This document shows positions 1 to 7,181 of a stretch of 64,000 nucleotides of DNA, in pieces (the stretch's first letter is position 1; each line of letters begins with the position of its first letter). A program made the position numbers and the translations under genes. The stretch lies in the IMG/VR virus record IMGVR_UViG_3300030380_004057, positions 12,965 to 76,964 of that record, one strand, 5' to 3'. Under the pieces are notes generated by a model, which was not told the origin of the DNA, made no database searches, and saw only the letters and a list, made by a program, of their open reading frames with translations. The DNA comes from a virus.

Positions 1-209
1 CCGTCAAGAATCATATATGGATTTGTTCTGAAAAACGGTATAAGTGCTAACTCAACATGAGCTAGGTTTTTAAATTGTTTACCGGTACGAGAGTACGCAC
101 CATCTTTAGTAAATAGACAGCGGACGCCATCAAGCTTAGGTTGTATGTACACGGGTTGTGACCAGTCAACTCGACTGTCATCAAACTTGTGTGCAAGCAT
201 AGGTTTCAT
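1..209 (-). CDS. ATP-dependent DNA ligase, N-terminal part (runs off window)
   Basis: Manual translation MKPMLAHKFDDSRVDWSQPVYIQPKLDGVRC...YSRTGK...ILDG: ligase motif I KxDGxR, SRxG and start of motif III; not in ORF track. Confidence 0.9.
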   Translation of the reverse strand, partial: MKPMLAHKFDDSRVDWSQPVYIQPKLDGVRCLFTKDGAYSRTGKQFKNLAHVELALIPFFRTNPYMILD

Positions 210-511
210 CATAGGTTATTAAGTTTGTTGGTTATAAATTTTATTTTATTTTTTATTATTTTAGCTTTTTCATACTGCTCTTTGTCTTCGTATATAGACA
301 ATAGAGTAGTAAGCCTAGCTAGCTCAGCTATAAGTATTTCTTCAGTATCATCAGTTAAAGTTGTTTGACCACTTAAGAGGTCATCAATAAGGATATTATC
401 GCTATTGTCAACCTCTTGTGTGGTAACTTTAAAATCAAATTGACTATTTAATCTACTAACAACTAAATCAGCTATAAACTCAGCTAATTGTATTTTTTCA
501 TCATCGGTCAT
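209..511 (-). CDS. hypothetical protein with C-terminal UVR (UvrB/UvrC)-like coiled coil
   Basis: 100 aa; EQYEKAKIIKNKI resembles ExYExAAxxRDxI; start immediately after promoter motif copy. Confidence 0.6.
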   Translation of the reverse strand: MTDDEKIQLAEFIADLVVSRLNSQFDFKVTTQEVDNSDNILIDDLLSGQTTLTDDTEEILIAELARLTTLLSIYEDKEQYEKAKIIKNKIKFITNKLNNL

Positions 512-546
512 ATATATTATCTAATATGTTTCGTATTTAATTTGTA
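512..546 (-). promoter_or_regulatory. early promoter-like repeat copy 1
   Basis: minus strand TACAAATTAAATACGA-N9-GATAATATAT directly before ATG at 511. Confidence 0.75.
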
Positions 547-1046
547 AATAAAGATACTAGTTTCTTAGCATGGTATAAACCATCTAATTTATCTGATTGG
601 CTAATCATAGTTTGACCGTTAGCAAAATCAGTGTACTTCATGTCTTTCATATATTTAGATATAATTTTTTCAGGTTTTAATACAAATACACATTCACTAT
701 TATACATATTCCAACAACTTACGTGTATTTTATCTTTATCACCACTCCATATTACATATCTATACTCGTGATCTATATTTTCTGGGTTACTATATAGATA
801 ACAACTACTATAATACATATCATGTACTAATTTAGATGCTAATCTAGCACCGTCTTGGCACCCATTATTCTTAGCTAACAACCAATTAGCAATTTGTACT
901 CCTTGCCATTCAGGATAACCATCATGGTGCATGTACATGTTTACATAGCTTTTGTCACGCACAAGGTCAGGGTGTATAGCAAAACCTTCAGGGTATTTAC
1001 TACTGTGTTTACGGTCTACGACCATTATTAAATTTCTAGTGCTCAT
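537..1046 (-). CDS. conserved phage hypothetical protein (YxHxDGYP family)
   Basis: 169 aa, MSTR start and YMHHDGYPEWQG motif. Confidence 0.7.
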   Translation of the reverse strand: MSTRNLIMVVDRKHSSKYPEGFAIHPDLVRDKSYVNMYMHHDGYPEWQGVQIANWLLAKNNGCQDGARLASKLVHDMYYSSCYLYSNPENIDHEYRYVIWSGDKDKIHVSCWNMYNSECVFVLKPEKIISKYMKDMKYTDFANGQTMISQSDKLDGLYHAKKLVSLFTN

Positions 1047-1467
1047 ATCCTTTATCTTTTAATTCATTTATTATTTCTGTTTGCTTTGTTTCATAAAGCT
1101 CTTCATATAATTCTTCAACAGCGTATGTAAGTGCGCTTTCACTCATAGCGTATTCTTCTATGTAAATAGTTAAGCCATCATAAACAGCGTCAGGTAGTTT
1201 TTCAAACCAGTCTGATTCGTAATAATATACGTCTTGACCAATATAAGGATTAGATTCGTTTTCTGAAGCTATATAAACTTCATAACCATCAGCTGTTGAT
1301 TCAGGGTAAAAATACATTTGAGCACCTTTATTCCATTCATTTACAATATCAAAATCATATTCAGCTTGTAGTTTTACTAGCATTTCATCGTGGTCCATAT
1401 CACTTACGTGTAACAAACCTTGTTCTTTTAGCTTATCATCTATAAGCTCATCAGTTATTTTTTTCAT
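1036..1467 (-). CDS. acidic hypothetical protein
   Basis: 143 aa ORF, very D/E/Y rich, tightly packed in operon. Confidence 0.7.
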   Translation of the reverse strand: MKKITDELIDDKLKEQGLLHVSDMDHDEMLVKLQAEYDFDIVNEWNKGAQMYFYPESTADGYEVYIASENESNPYIGQDVYYYESDWFEKLPDAVYDGLTIYIEEYAMSESALTYAVEELYEELYETKQTEIINELKDKGYEH

Positions 1468-1468
1468 T

Positions 1469-1834
1469 TTATTTATTTAAGTAATTTTTCTTTGCATATT
1501 CGTGTAAGAAGTTTAATCTAGCTAAACCTGACCAGATCTTAGCTCTTGACCACGTTGTAAATTTTTGAGTAACTAACTCAGTACCGTTAAGAAATACCCA
1601 TCTTTTTTCACGTTTGTATTTAGGATTTAACTGCCATATTCTATCACTGCTATCACATCTACGTACATAACCTGATTTATATGTTGCTAAGAGTTGTCCT
1701 GTTGGTAATTTAAATTGACGCGTACCGTTTGCCCATTGTTTTTTCGTGGTAGTTTCTACGATACCGTCTTCGTGAAGCATAGCTTGAGCGTATGCGTTTT
1801 CTAGTTGTAATTGTTTTTGTCTCCATTTAGTCAT
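1469..1834 (-). CDS. hypothetical protein
   Basis: 121 aa ORF in operon. Confidence 0.65.
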   Translation of the reverse strand: MTKWRQKQLQLENAYAQAMLHEDGIVETTTKKQWANGTRQFKLPTGQLLATYKSGYVRRCDSSDRIWQLNPKYKREKRWVFLNGTELVTQKFTTWSRAKIWSGLARLNFLHEYAKKNYLNK

Positions 1835-2066
1835 TTGATTCTGATTTTAAAAATTCATTTCCATACATAATATCTGCACCGTTAACATCATAGCTAGCTT
1901 TATTAGTATACATTAGTATATCTCTAATAGTAGTTAGTTTTAAATCATACCAACCTGATGAAGCCATAAGTGTGTACTTAAGTCTTTTAGCTGTAGTATA
2001 CTTGTGAGCCGCTTGTCTAATCTTTATTTGATAATGGGGCTTTAGTTGTTGCCATGTATTTTTCAT
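1827..2066 (-). CDS. hypothetical protein
   Basis: 79 aa ORF downstream of promoter motif copy 2. Confidence 0.65.
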   Translation of the reverse strand: MKNTWQQLKPHYQIKIRQAAHKYTTAKRLKYTLMASSGWYDLKLTTIRDILMYTNKASYDVNGADIMYGNEFLKSESND

Positions 2067-2074
2067 ATTTGATT

Positions 2075-2112
2075 TTATTATATTATCTATTAGTAATCGT
2101 ATTTAATTTGTA
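2075..2112 (-). promoter_or_regulatory. early promoter-like repeat copy 2
   Basis: TACAAATTAAATACGA-N9-GATAATATAATAA. Confidence 0.75.
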
Positions 2113-2116
2113 TTAG

Positions 2117-2189
<73 letters not shown>

Positions 2190-2197
2190 AATATTAT

Positions 2198-2276
2198 ACC
2201 CGGCTGTCACTACGACTGGCTTTGTACAACTGATACCTCAAGGAAGCCAAGGCGTCGGTTTACTGTTAAGCCGGGT
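2198..2276 (-). ncRNA. putative structured RNA (nested hairpin)
   Basis: GC-rich island; ACCCGGCT/AGCCGGGT outer stem, CGAC/GTCG and TGGCTT/AAGCCA inner stems; strand inferred from neighbours. Confidence 0.5.
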
Positions 2277-2319
2277 TATGTAACCTATTGATAATTAATT
2301 TGTTAGCTATTTAGTTATG

Positions 2320-2366
2320 TAGTGGTGGCAGGAGTCGAACCTGCACCTTAGTACCGTAGCACCACT
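2320..2366 (-). ncRNA. tRNA-like minihelix (acceptor stem + T arm only)
   Basis: AGTGGTG-15 nt-GCAGG TTCGACT CCTGC-CACCACT-A. Confidence 0.7.
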
Positions 2367-2401
2367 CTAATTAACCTACTCGTCTAACTATCTATCAATG
2401 G

Positions 2402-2587
2402 TTACAAGTGCCATTCTTTTAATAATTTAATGGCTGATGCTTTTATTTTATTAAATGAACTATCATCTAACATATCTGTATAATTTATTATTCTATTCAA
2501 TGCTCTTTCAAGTTCAGTGCATAGATAAGCTGATTCTCTATCAATCATTTCATCTTGCATTTGTTCGTATGCTTTTTTACTATCCAT
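2402..2587 (-). CDS. hypothetical protein
   Basis: 61 aa ORF. Confidence 0.6.
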   Translation of the reverse strand: MDSKKAYEQMQDEMIDRESAYLCTELERALNRIINYTDMLDDSSFNKIKASAIKLLKEWHL

Positions 2588-2588
2588 A

Positions 2589-2765
2589 TTATTTTATTAC
2601 TCGTTTAAATCTTGTTACCATCCACTCACAGTTACTCATTGAGTGTCCCATGTCTGTTAGATAATCTTCTATCTTTTCTGAATCATCTATCCATACATCA
2701 TATCTATATGCTTTACCATTTTCATAGTCGAGTACAAATACATATTTTTTACCTTTATTTTCCAT
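2589..2765 (-). CDS. hypothetical protein (58 aa)
   Basis: Manual ORF MENKGKKYVFVLDYENGKAYRY... fills the gap between neighbours. Confidence 0.6.
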   Translation of the reverse strand: MENKGKKYVFVLDYENGKAYRYDVWIDDSEKIEDYLTDMGHSMSNCEWMVTRFKRVIK

Positions 2766-2976
2766 ATATTATTCTTTCTAAATCGTCTCGTTTATAATTT
2801 CTTTTAGTTGGGTAGTTTAAATACCTTGTTTCTATATCTCTAGCTTTTAATATATCTTCGTTCCATGTACGTTGGTCAATTTTGTAGTACGTATAAAACA
2901 CACCGCAAAAGAAACATATGCCACATATCATTGTTAGATATAATGCTCGTTCGTATTTATTTACTTTCGTCTCCAT
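2755..2976 (-). CDS. small membrane protein
   Basis: 73 aa, one hydrophobic segment LYLTMICGICFFCGVFYTYY. Confidence 0.6.
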   Translation of the reverse strand: METKVNKYERALYLTMICGICFFCGVFYTYYKIDQRTWNEDILKARDIETRYLNYPTKRNYKRDDLERIIYGK

Positions 2977-3149
2977 GATTTGTGTACTGCAGCGGATAAC
3001 TCTTGTGATACAACTTGTACTTCAAGCACTTGCTTGTTAGCTATGATTGGTATGTAACTAACTTTTTGAGTTGAGCTACAACTTACACAGTTGTTATAAC
3101 CGAGCTCGATACGAACTGGGTGCACATTATTTCCACATTTACAATACAT
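2961..3149 (-). CDS. C4 zinc-finger protein, DksA/TraR-like finger
   Basis: CKCGNNVHPVRIELGYNNCVSC. Confidence 0.55.
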   Translation of the reverse strand: MYCKCGNNVHPVRIELGYNNCVSCSSTQKVSYIPIIANKQVLEVQVVSQELSAAVHKSWRRK

Positions 3150-3152
3150 ATT

Positions 3153-3190
3153 TTATTATATTATCTGTTAGCAATCGTATTTATTTTGTA
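3153..3190 (-). promoter_or_regulatory. early promoter-like repeat copy 3
   Basis: TACAAAATAAATACGA-N9-GATAATATAATAA. Confidence 0.75.
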
Positions 3191-3257
3191 AATACTTTAT
3201 ATATTCTTTATATTCTTTTACAGTTACATACTCGTCTATTTCATCTAACCATACCAT
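3168..3257 (-). CDS. tiny hypothetical protein (29 aa)
   Basis: Manual ORF MVWLDEIDEYVTVKEYKEYIKYLQNKYDC. Confidence 0.45.
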   Translation of the reverse strand: MVWLDEIDEYVTVKEYKEYIKYLQNKYDC

Positions 3258-3265
3258 ATCGTTTA

Positions 3266-3463
3266 TTATCTCCATATTTTATTATAAGCTGCTTTATATT
3301 GTTTTGGAAAAGAAGATTTTTGCTGTAATTTATATCTTTTATCGCCCATACCTCTACATGCACCATAGATTTTAATAGTTTCTAAGTGTTGTAGCTTGCG
3401 AGTTTTACGCTTGTTTGCAACGTACTCGCATAATTCTTTCATGTTAGTTATGCTATTAGCCAT
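3266..3463 (-). CDS. basic hypothetical protein
   Basis: 65 aa ORF. Confidence 0.55.
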   Translation of the reverse strand: MANSITNMKELCEYVANKRKTRKLQHLETIKIYGACRGMGDKRYKLQQKSSFPKQYKAAYNKIWR

Positions 3464-3648
3464 GTCAAACCTTTTAAATTAAACCATTGTGAGTGACCTA
3501 TTCTGTATTGGTGATTACCTTCTTCATCTAAGCCAAGATATTTTTCTTTGAAACCAAATGAGTTTGGTAAGTCGCCAACATTATAGCCTTTATAGTTGAT
3601 GCCATTTAAGCGGCAAGTTGTTTTTGAAGTAAATTTAATTGTATTCAT
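3448..3648 (-). CDS. hypothetical protein
   Basis: 66 aa ORF downstream of motif copy 4. Confidence 0.6.
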   Translation of the reverse strand: MNTIKFTSKTTCRLNGINYKGYNVGDLPNSFGFKEKYLGLDEEGNHQYRIGHSQWFNLKGLTWLIA

Positions 3649-3656
3649 AATCTGAT

Positions 3657-3694
3657 TTATTATATTATCTGTAGTAATTCGTATTAAATTTGTA
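3657..3694 (-). promoter_or_regulatory. early promoter-like repeat copy 4
   Basis: TACAAATTTAATACGA-N9-GATAATATAATAA. Confidence 0.75.
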
Positions 3695-3799
3695 ATAATA
3701 ATTATATTCTATCATTTTTATTTCATCTGCGCTTAATTTAAATAATTCTTTACGCTTATTATTTCTTGCTTTTGCAAATCTATATAAATCTTTTTTCAT
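3665..3799 (-). CDS. small hypothetical protein (44 aa)
   Basis: Manual ORF MKKDLYRFAKARNNKRK..., start overlaps the upstream stop. Confidence 0.45.
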   Translation of the reverse strand: MKKDLYRFAKARNNKRKELFKLSADEIKMIEYNYYYKFNTNYYR

Positions 3800-3993
3800 A
3801 TTTTGTTTTTATTTGCATGCCACTTAGCAATGTTTTGTCGCCATTGCCACTCGCGCTTGCGATAGTTAATGTCTGTACACCACTTAATCCAGCCACGACT
3901 TGTATCGTTTGAACCATACTTTGCTTCAAAGTCTTGTGCTTGTTTAAGCTTTGCATTTATTTTATCTTGTGGATAATCTATAAACTCTACCAT
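3796..3993 (-). CDS. hypothetical protein
   Basis: 65 aa ORF. Confidence 0.6.
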   Translation of the reverse strand: MVEFIDYPQDKINAKLKQAQDFEAKYGSNDTSRGWIKWCTDINYRKREWQWRQNIAKWHANKNKI

Positions 3994-4133
3994 CCGCCGA
4001 AAGTTATTGTTGGATTATTAAAAGCTAAGTGATATACTAGTTGAATAAAGCCGAAGATGAATAATGCTGTTAGTGATGTTAGTAATGCTCTTGTGATTAC
4101 TAGAATTATTAGGTGATGAAATTTTCTGTTCAT
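3987..4133 (-). CDS. small membrane protein (48 aa)
   Basis: Manual ORF MNRKFHHLIILVITRALLTSLTALFIFGFIQLVYHLAF..., just downstream of motif copy 5. Confidence 0.55.
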   Translation of the reverse strand: MNRKFHHLIILVITRALLTSLTALFIFGFIQLVYHLAFNNPTITFGGW

Positions 4134-4144
4134 AGTTTATTATT

Positions 4145-4182
4145 TTATTATATTATCAATTTGTTATCGTGTTTAAGTTGTG
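4145..4182 (-). promoter_or_regulatory. early promoter-like repeat copy 5
   Basis: CACAACTTAAACACGA-N9-GATAATATAATAA. Confidence 0.7.
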
Positions 4183-4186
4183 TTGT

Positions 4187-4417
4187 TTACTTTGCTTCAA
4201 CAACACCTCTTGCAGCTACAGGTACATTATTTGAAGCTGTGTATGATTTATACTTTAACCAACATGGTAATTTAGTTAGTGTGTCTTTCATAACTTCAAA
4301 CACTTTGTCGTGATTGTAAGTTGCACTTTTACCATTTTTAAAAGTAACATTGATAGTTTGGTTTTTACCTATTAGTGATTGTCTTAGAACAAATCTTTTT
4401 GAATTTAATGTAGTCAT
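4187..4417 (-). CDS. hypothetical protein
   Basis: 76 aa ORF between motif copies 6 and 5. Confidence 0.65.
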   Translation of the reverse strand: MTTLNSKRFVLRQSLIGKNQTINVTFKNGKSATYNHDKVFEVMKDTLTKLPCWLKYKSYTASNNVPVAARGVVEAK

Positions 4418-4441
4418 AGTATTGATTTTAATTATTAGTAT

Positions 4442-4479
4442 TTATTATATTATCTTTATAGTTTCGTATTTAAGTTGTA
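4442..4479 (-). promoter_or_regulatory. early promoter-like repeat copy 6
   Basis: TACAACTTAAATACGA-N9-GATAATATAATAA. Confidence 0.75.
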
Positions 4480-4571
4480 AAGTATATTGTTTGTTTAGTA
4501 ATATATTTTATGTTGTATGTAGTGCGCGAAGTGTCAAACTTTGTAATTATATTTGTAATTTCGTAACTCAT
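4470..4571 (-). CDS. tiny hypothetical protein (33 aa)
   Basis: Manual ORF MSYEITNIITKFDTSRTTYNIKYITKQTIYFTT between motif copies 7 and 6. Confidence 0.35.
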   Translation of the reverse strand: MSYEITNIITKFDTSRTTYNIKYITKQTIYFTT

Positions 4572-4576
4572 AACAT

Positions 4577-4611
4577 TAATATTATCATAATAGTATCGTA
4601 TTTATGTTGTA
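4577..4611 (-). promoter_or_regulatory. early promoter-like repeat copy 7
   Basis: TACAACATAAATACGA-N9-GATAATATTA. Confidence 0.7.
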
Positions 4612-4619
4612 TATATATG

Positions 4620-4880
4620 TAAAAATGTAAAAAGTTTTAACAAAAATATATAAAAGTGAGGGGGCCCCATGTAAATATATACACTTTTGTTTTACAAAAT
4701 AAGTACGAAGTGGTAGGGGGTGACACTAAACCCCTCTGCTTGTAGCAACTAAGCGTGACAGTAGCCTATAATAGTATATAAGTAATACCCTATTGTCATG
4801 CTTGTAAAAAATTATTTTTATATTTTACCTTAAATTTACTAAAAATAGCGTGAAATAGTATTAAGTAGACAAATAATTAA
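4620..4880. other. non-coding divergent strand-switch region with inverted repeats (possible genome end, packaging or origin region)
   Basis: No ORF; GGGGGCCCC, AGGGG/CCCCT and a 14-bp stem 4751-4764/4790-4803. Confidence 0.45.
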
Positions 4881-4883
4881 TAT

Positions 4884-5117
4884 ATGGCACAGAAATTAAG
4901 TAGTAGAGCTAAGGCTGCTAAGCGTAAACGCGATCTAGCTACTGCAAACACACGTAGAAGGGAAAAAATGCGCGCTGAAAACCAAAGAAAGCGTAGAAAA
5001 GCCATAAAAAAAGGTAAAAATATTAAAAACAAAGACTATGACCACACTAAGAAAAAGTTTGTTTCAGTCAAAGCAAACCGCGGTGGACATGGTAAAGGTA
5101 CTAAAAAGAAGAAATAA
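4884..5117 (+). CDS. small basic protein, possible degenerate HNH
   Basis: 77 aa K/R rich; KDYDH...SVKANRG resembles minimal HNH proteins of phages. Confidence 0.55.
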   Translation: MAQKLSSRAKAAKRKRDLATANTRRREKMRAENQRKRRKAIKKGKNIKNKDYDHTKKKFVSVKANRGGHGKGTKKKK

Positions 5118-5166
5118 TGGGACTACACGCTGCAACTGCACATAACAACTATCCAAATCCAGGTTT

Positions 5167-7161
5167 ATGGGAAGATTACTAACAACTTTTAAAGATAAGA
5201 CGTTTGAACCTAGCATGAAGTCGTTCTTTCAGTTATTCACTGATGACACAAGTACTGCTTCACAGATATATGACTCACTATTGTATGTTAGAGGTATAAA
5301 TGCTGGTAGTTTAGCTAAAAACCAAGAGAACGATGATGATGTTTCTACTGTAGAGGATTATGATACTTACATGCCTGTAAGATTTTTCAACGTTAAAAGC
5401 TTTTCAGATGGCACAACGCCTGCTGCGTCTACACATACGTTTTTTAGTGTATACAACAGAGCTGAATATGCAGGGCCTGATGGTCAAAACATGTATGACT
5501 TGTGGGCAGACTACAACATATCTAAGCTTTCTGGCGCTGGTTTTATAACAAACAGCATAGGTGGTGCTTATAATTACGGCCTTGATGCTGGTACTGGTAA
5601 CGATCAAACACTTGCTGGTGTATATGGTGCTATAAATTACGCTAAAACAAAGCCAACAGGTAGTAATAGAACTGTAACATTTAGCATTGGATCAAGAGAC
5701 TGGGTTGAAATTAATAAAAGTGACTTAACAGCAACGTTTGTATACCCAACAATTAGCGAATTTGCTCAAGTAACAGGTAGTGTAGGTACTTTAGCTATGC
5801 ACAAGTTTGATTTAGACTATACAGAAGGTAATGTTACCAACGCTTATTTTATATGGGCTGATGAAAGTACGCTTCCAACACCTTCTGGCGAAAAATTCTT
5901 TATAAAGTCTAATATACCTTGGCCAACATCGCTAGCAAGTTCTTTCACTAACACAGGTGCTGTAACATTTGGTAGCACGCTAAGCGTTTCAGGTACAGCT
6001 ACTTTTAATTCTGATGTTAGTTTACAAGATAATGATAAATTAAAAATAGGTACTGGTAATGATTTACAAATATATCACGACGGCTCTAATAGTTATATTG
6101 AAGCCGCTGGTAATAGTAGTGCTGGTAATTTAATTATAAGACACAAAGATGACGGTAGAGATTTAATATTTCAAGGTGATAATGGCGATGGTGATTCAAG
6201 TTCTACTACATATTTCTTTTTAAATAGCTCAATGGCTGTTACAGGTAATCCTGATGTATATACGCAGTTTCCTGATAATTCACGTTTAACTTTTGGTAAT
6301 TCTGCAAACGTTAACAGTCTTGATCTTGAAATATACCACGACAGTGGATCTAATATTAAAGCAGGGTCTGACGGTTTAAATATAGAGAGTTTAGGTGGCT
6401 TAATAATTGAAAATAATACCACTGGAGATATAACTATAGAGCAAAAACGTAATGATGGTGATATTATATTTAAATGTGATAGTGGAACTGGTGGATCTGC
6501 TGAATACTTTAGAGTAGATGGTGGTACAGAAGAAATTAAAATTTCTAAAAAAATGCAGTTTAATGATAATGTTAAAGCAGTTTTTGGAACAGGTGAAGAT
6601 TTAGATATATTTCACGATGGCACAGATAGCACAATAGATAATGCGGTAGGTGATTTAATCATAAGCAACAATGCTGATGATAAAAATATTATTTTTAAAT
6701 GTGAAAATGGTAGTGGTGGAATAACTGAATACTTTAGAGTTGATGGCACAAATGAAGTAAATAAATTTAGTAAACACGCACAATTTTTAGATTCAATAGA
6801 AGCTAAATTTGGTAATGGCGGCGATTTAAGAATATATCACGATGGCAGTAATTCTAGAATTAATGAAACAGGCACAGGTAATCTTATAATACAAGCAACA
6901 AACTATCAACTTTTAAAAGATGATGGTGGTGAATTTATAATGCAAGGTATTGCAGATGCTGAAGTATCTTTATACCATAATGGTAGCAAAAAATTTGAAA
7001 CTACAAGTACAGGAGCAACTGTAACAGGTAGTTTAGAAGTTGCTGGCGGTGATGTTGAAACAAGTACCGCGTCTAAAGGTTTAATATTAAAATCACCAAA
7101 TGGAACAAGATTTAGAGTAACGGTAGATAACTCAGGTAATTTATCAACCGCCTCATTATAG
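5167..7161 (+). CDS. tail fibre/spike protein with DGSGG...DLQIYHDG repeats
   Basis: 664 aa; beta-repeat units shared with 20772..24053; C-terminal LILKSPNGTRFRVTVDNSG motif common in fibres. Confidence 0.75.
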   Translation: MGRLLTTFKDKTFEPSMKSFFQLFTDDTSTASQIYDSLLYVRGINAGSLAKNQENDDDVSTVEDYDTYMPVRFFNVKSFSDGTTPAASTHTFFSVYNRAEYAGPDGQNMYDLWADYNISKLSGAGFITNSIGGAYNYGLDAGTGNDQTLAGVYGAINYAKTKPTGSNRTVTFSIGSRDWVEINKSDLTATFVYPTISEFAQVTGSVGTLAMHKFDLDYTEGNVTNAYFIWADESTLPTPSGEKFFIKSNIPWPTSLASSFTNTGAVTFGSTLSVSGTATFNSDVSLQDNDKLKIGTGNDLQIYHDGSNSYIEAAGNSSAGNLIIRHKDDGRDLIFQGDNGDGDSSSTTYFFLNSSMAVTGNPDVYTQFPDNSRLTFGNSANVNSLDLEIYHDSGSNIKAGSDGLNIESLGGLIIENNTTGDITIEQKRNDGDIIFKCDSGTGGSAEYFRVDGGTEEIKISKKMQFNDNVKAVFGTGEDLDIFHDGTDSTIDNAVGDLIISNNADDKNIIFKCENGSGGITEYFRVDGTNEVNKFSKHAQFLDSIEAKFGNGGDLRIYHDGSNSRINETGTGNLIIQATNYQLLKDDGGEFIMQGIADAEVSLYHNGSKKFETTSTGATVTGSLEVAGGDVETSTASKGLILKSPNGTRFRVTVDNSGNLSTASL

Positions 7162-7181
7162 TAAAAAATAAATAAAACAAA

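Noticed and set aside
2198-2276. Y RNA, SRP RNA or hammerhead identity
   Set aside because: Core motifs (GUCCGA bulged helix, SRP internal loop with GGAA tetraloop, CUGAUGA/GAAA) not properly present
2455-4622. Plus-strand ORFs in the early region (2455, 2612, 3071, 4113, 4350)
   Set aside because: Antisense to a fully tiled minus-strand operon with oriented promoter motifs
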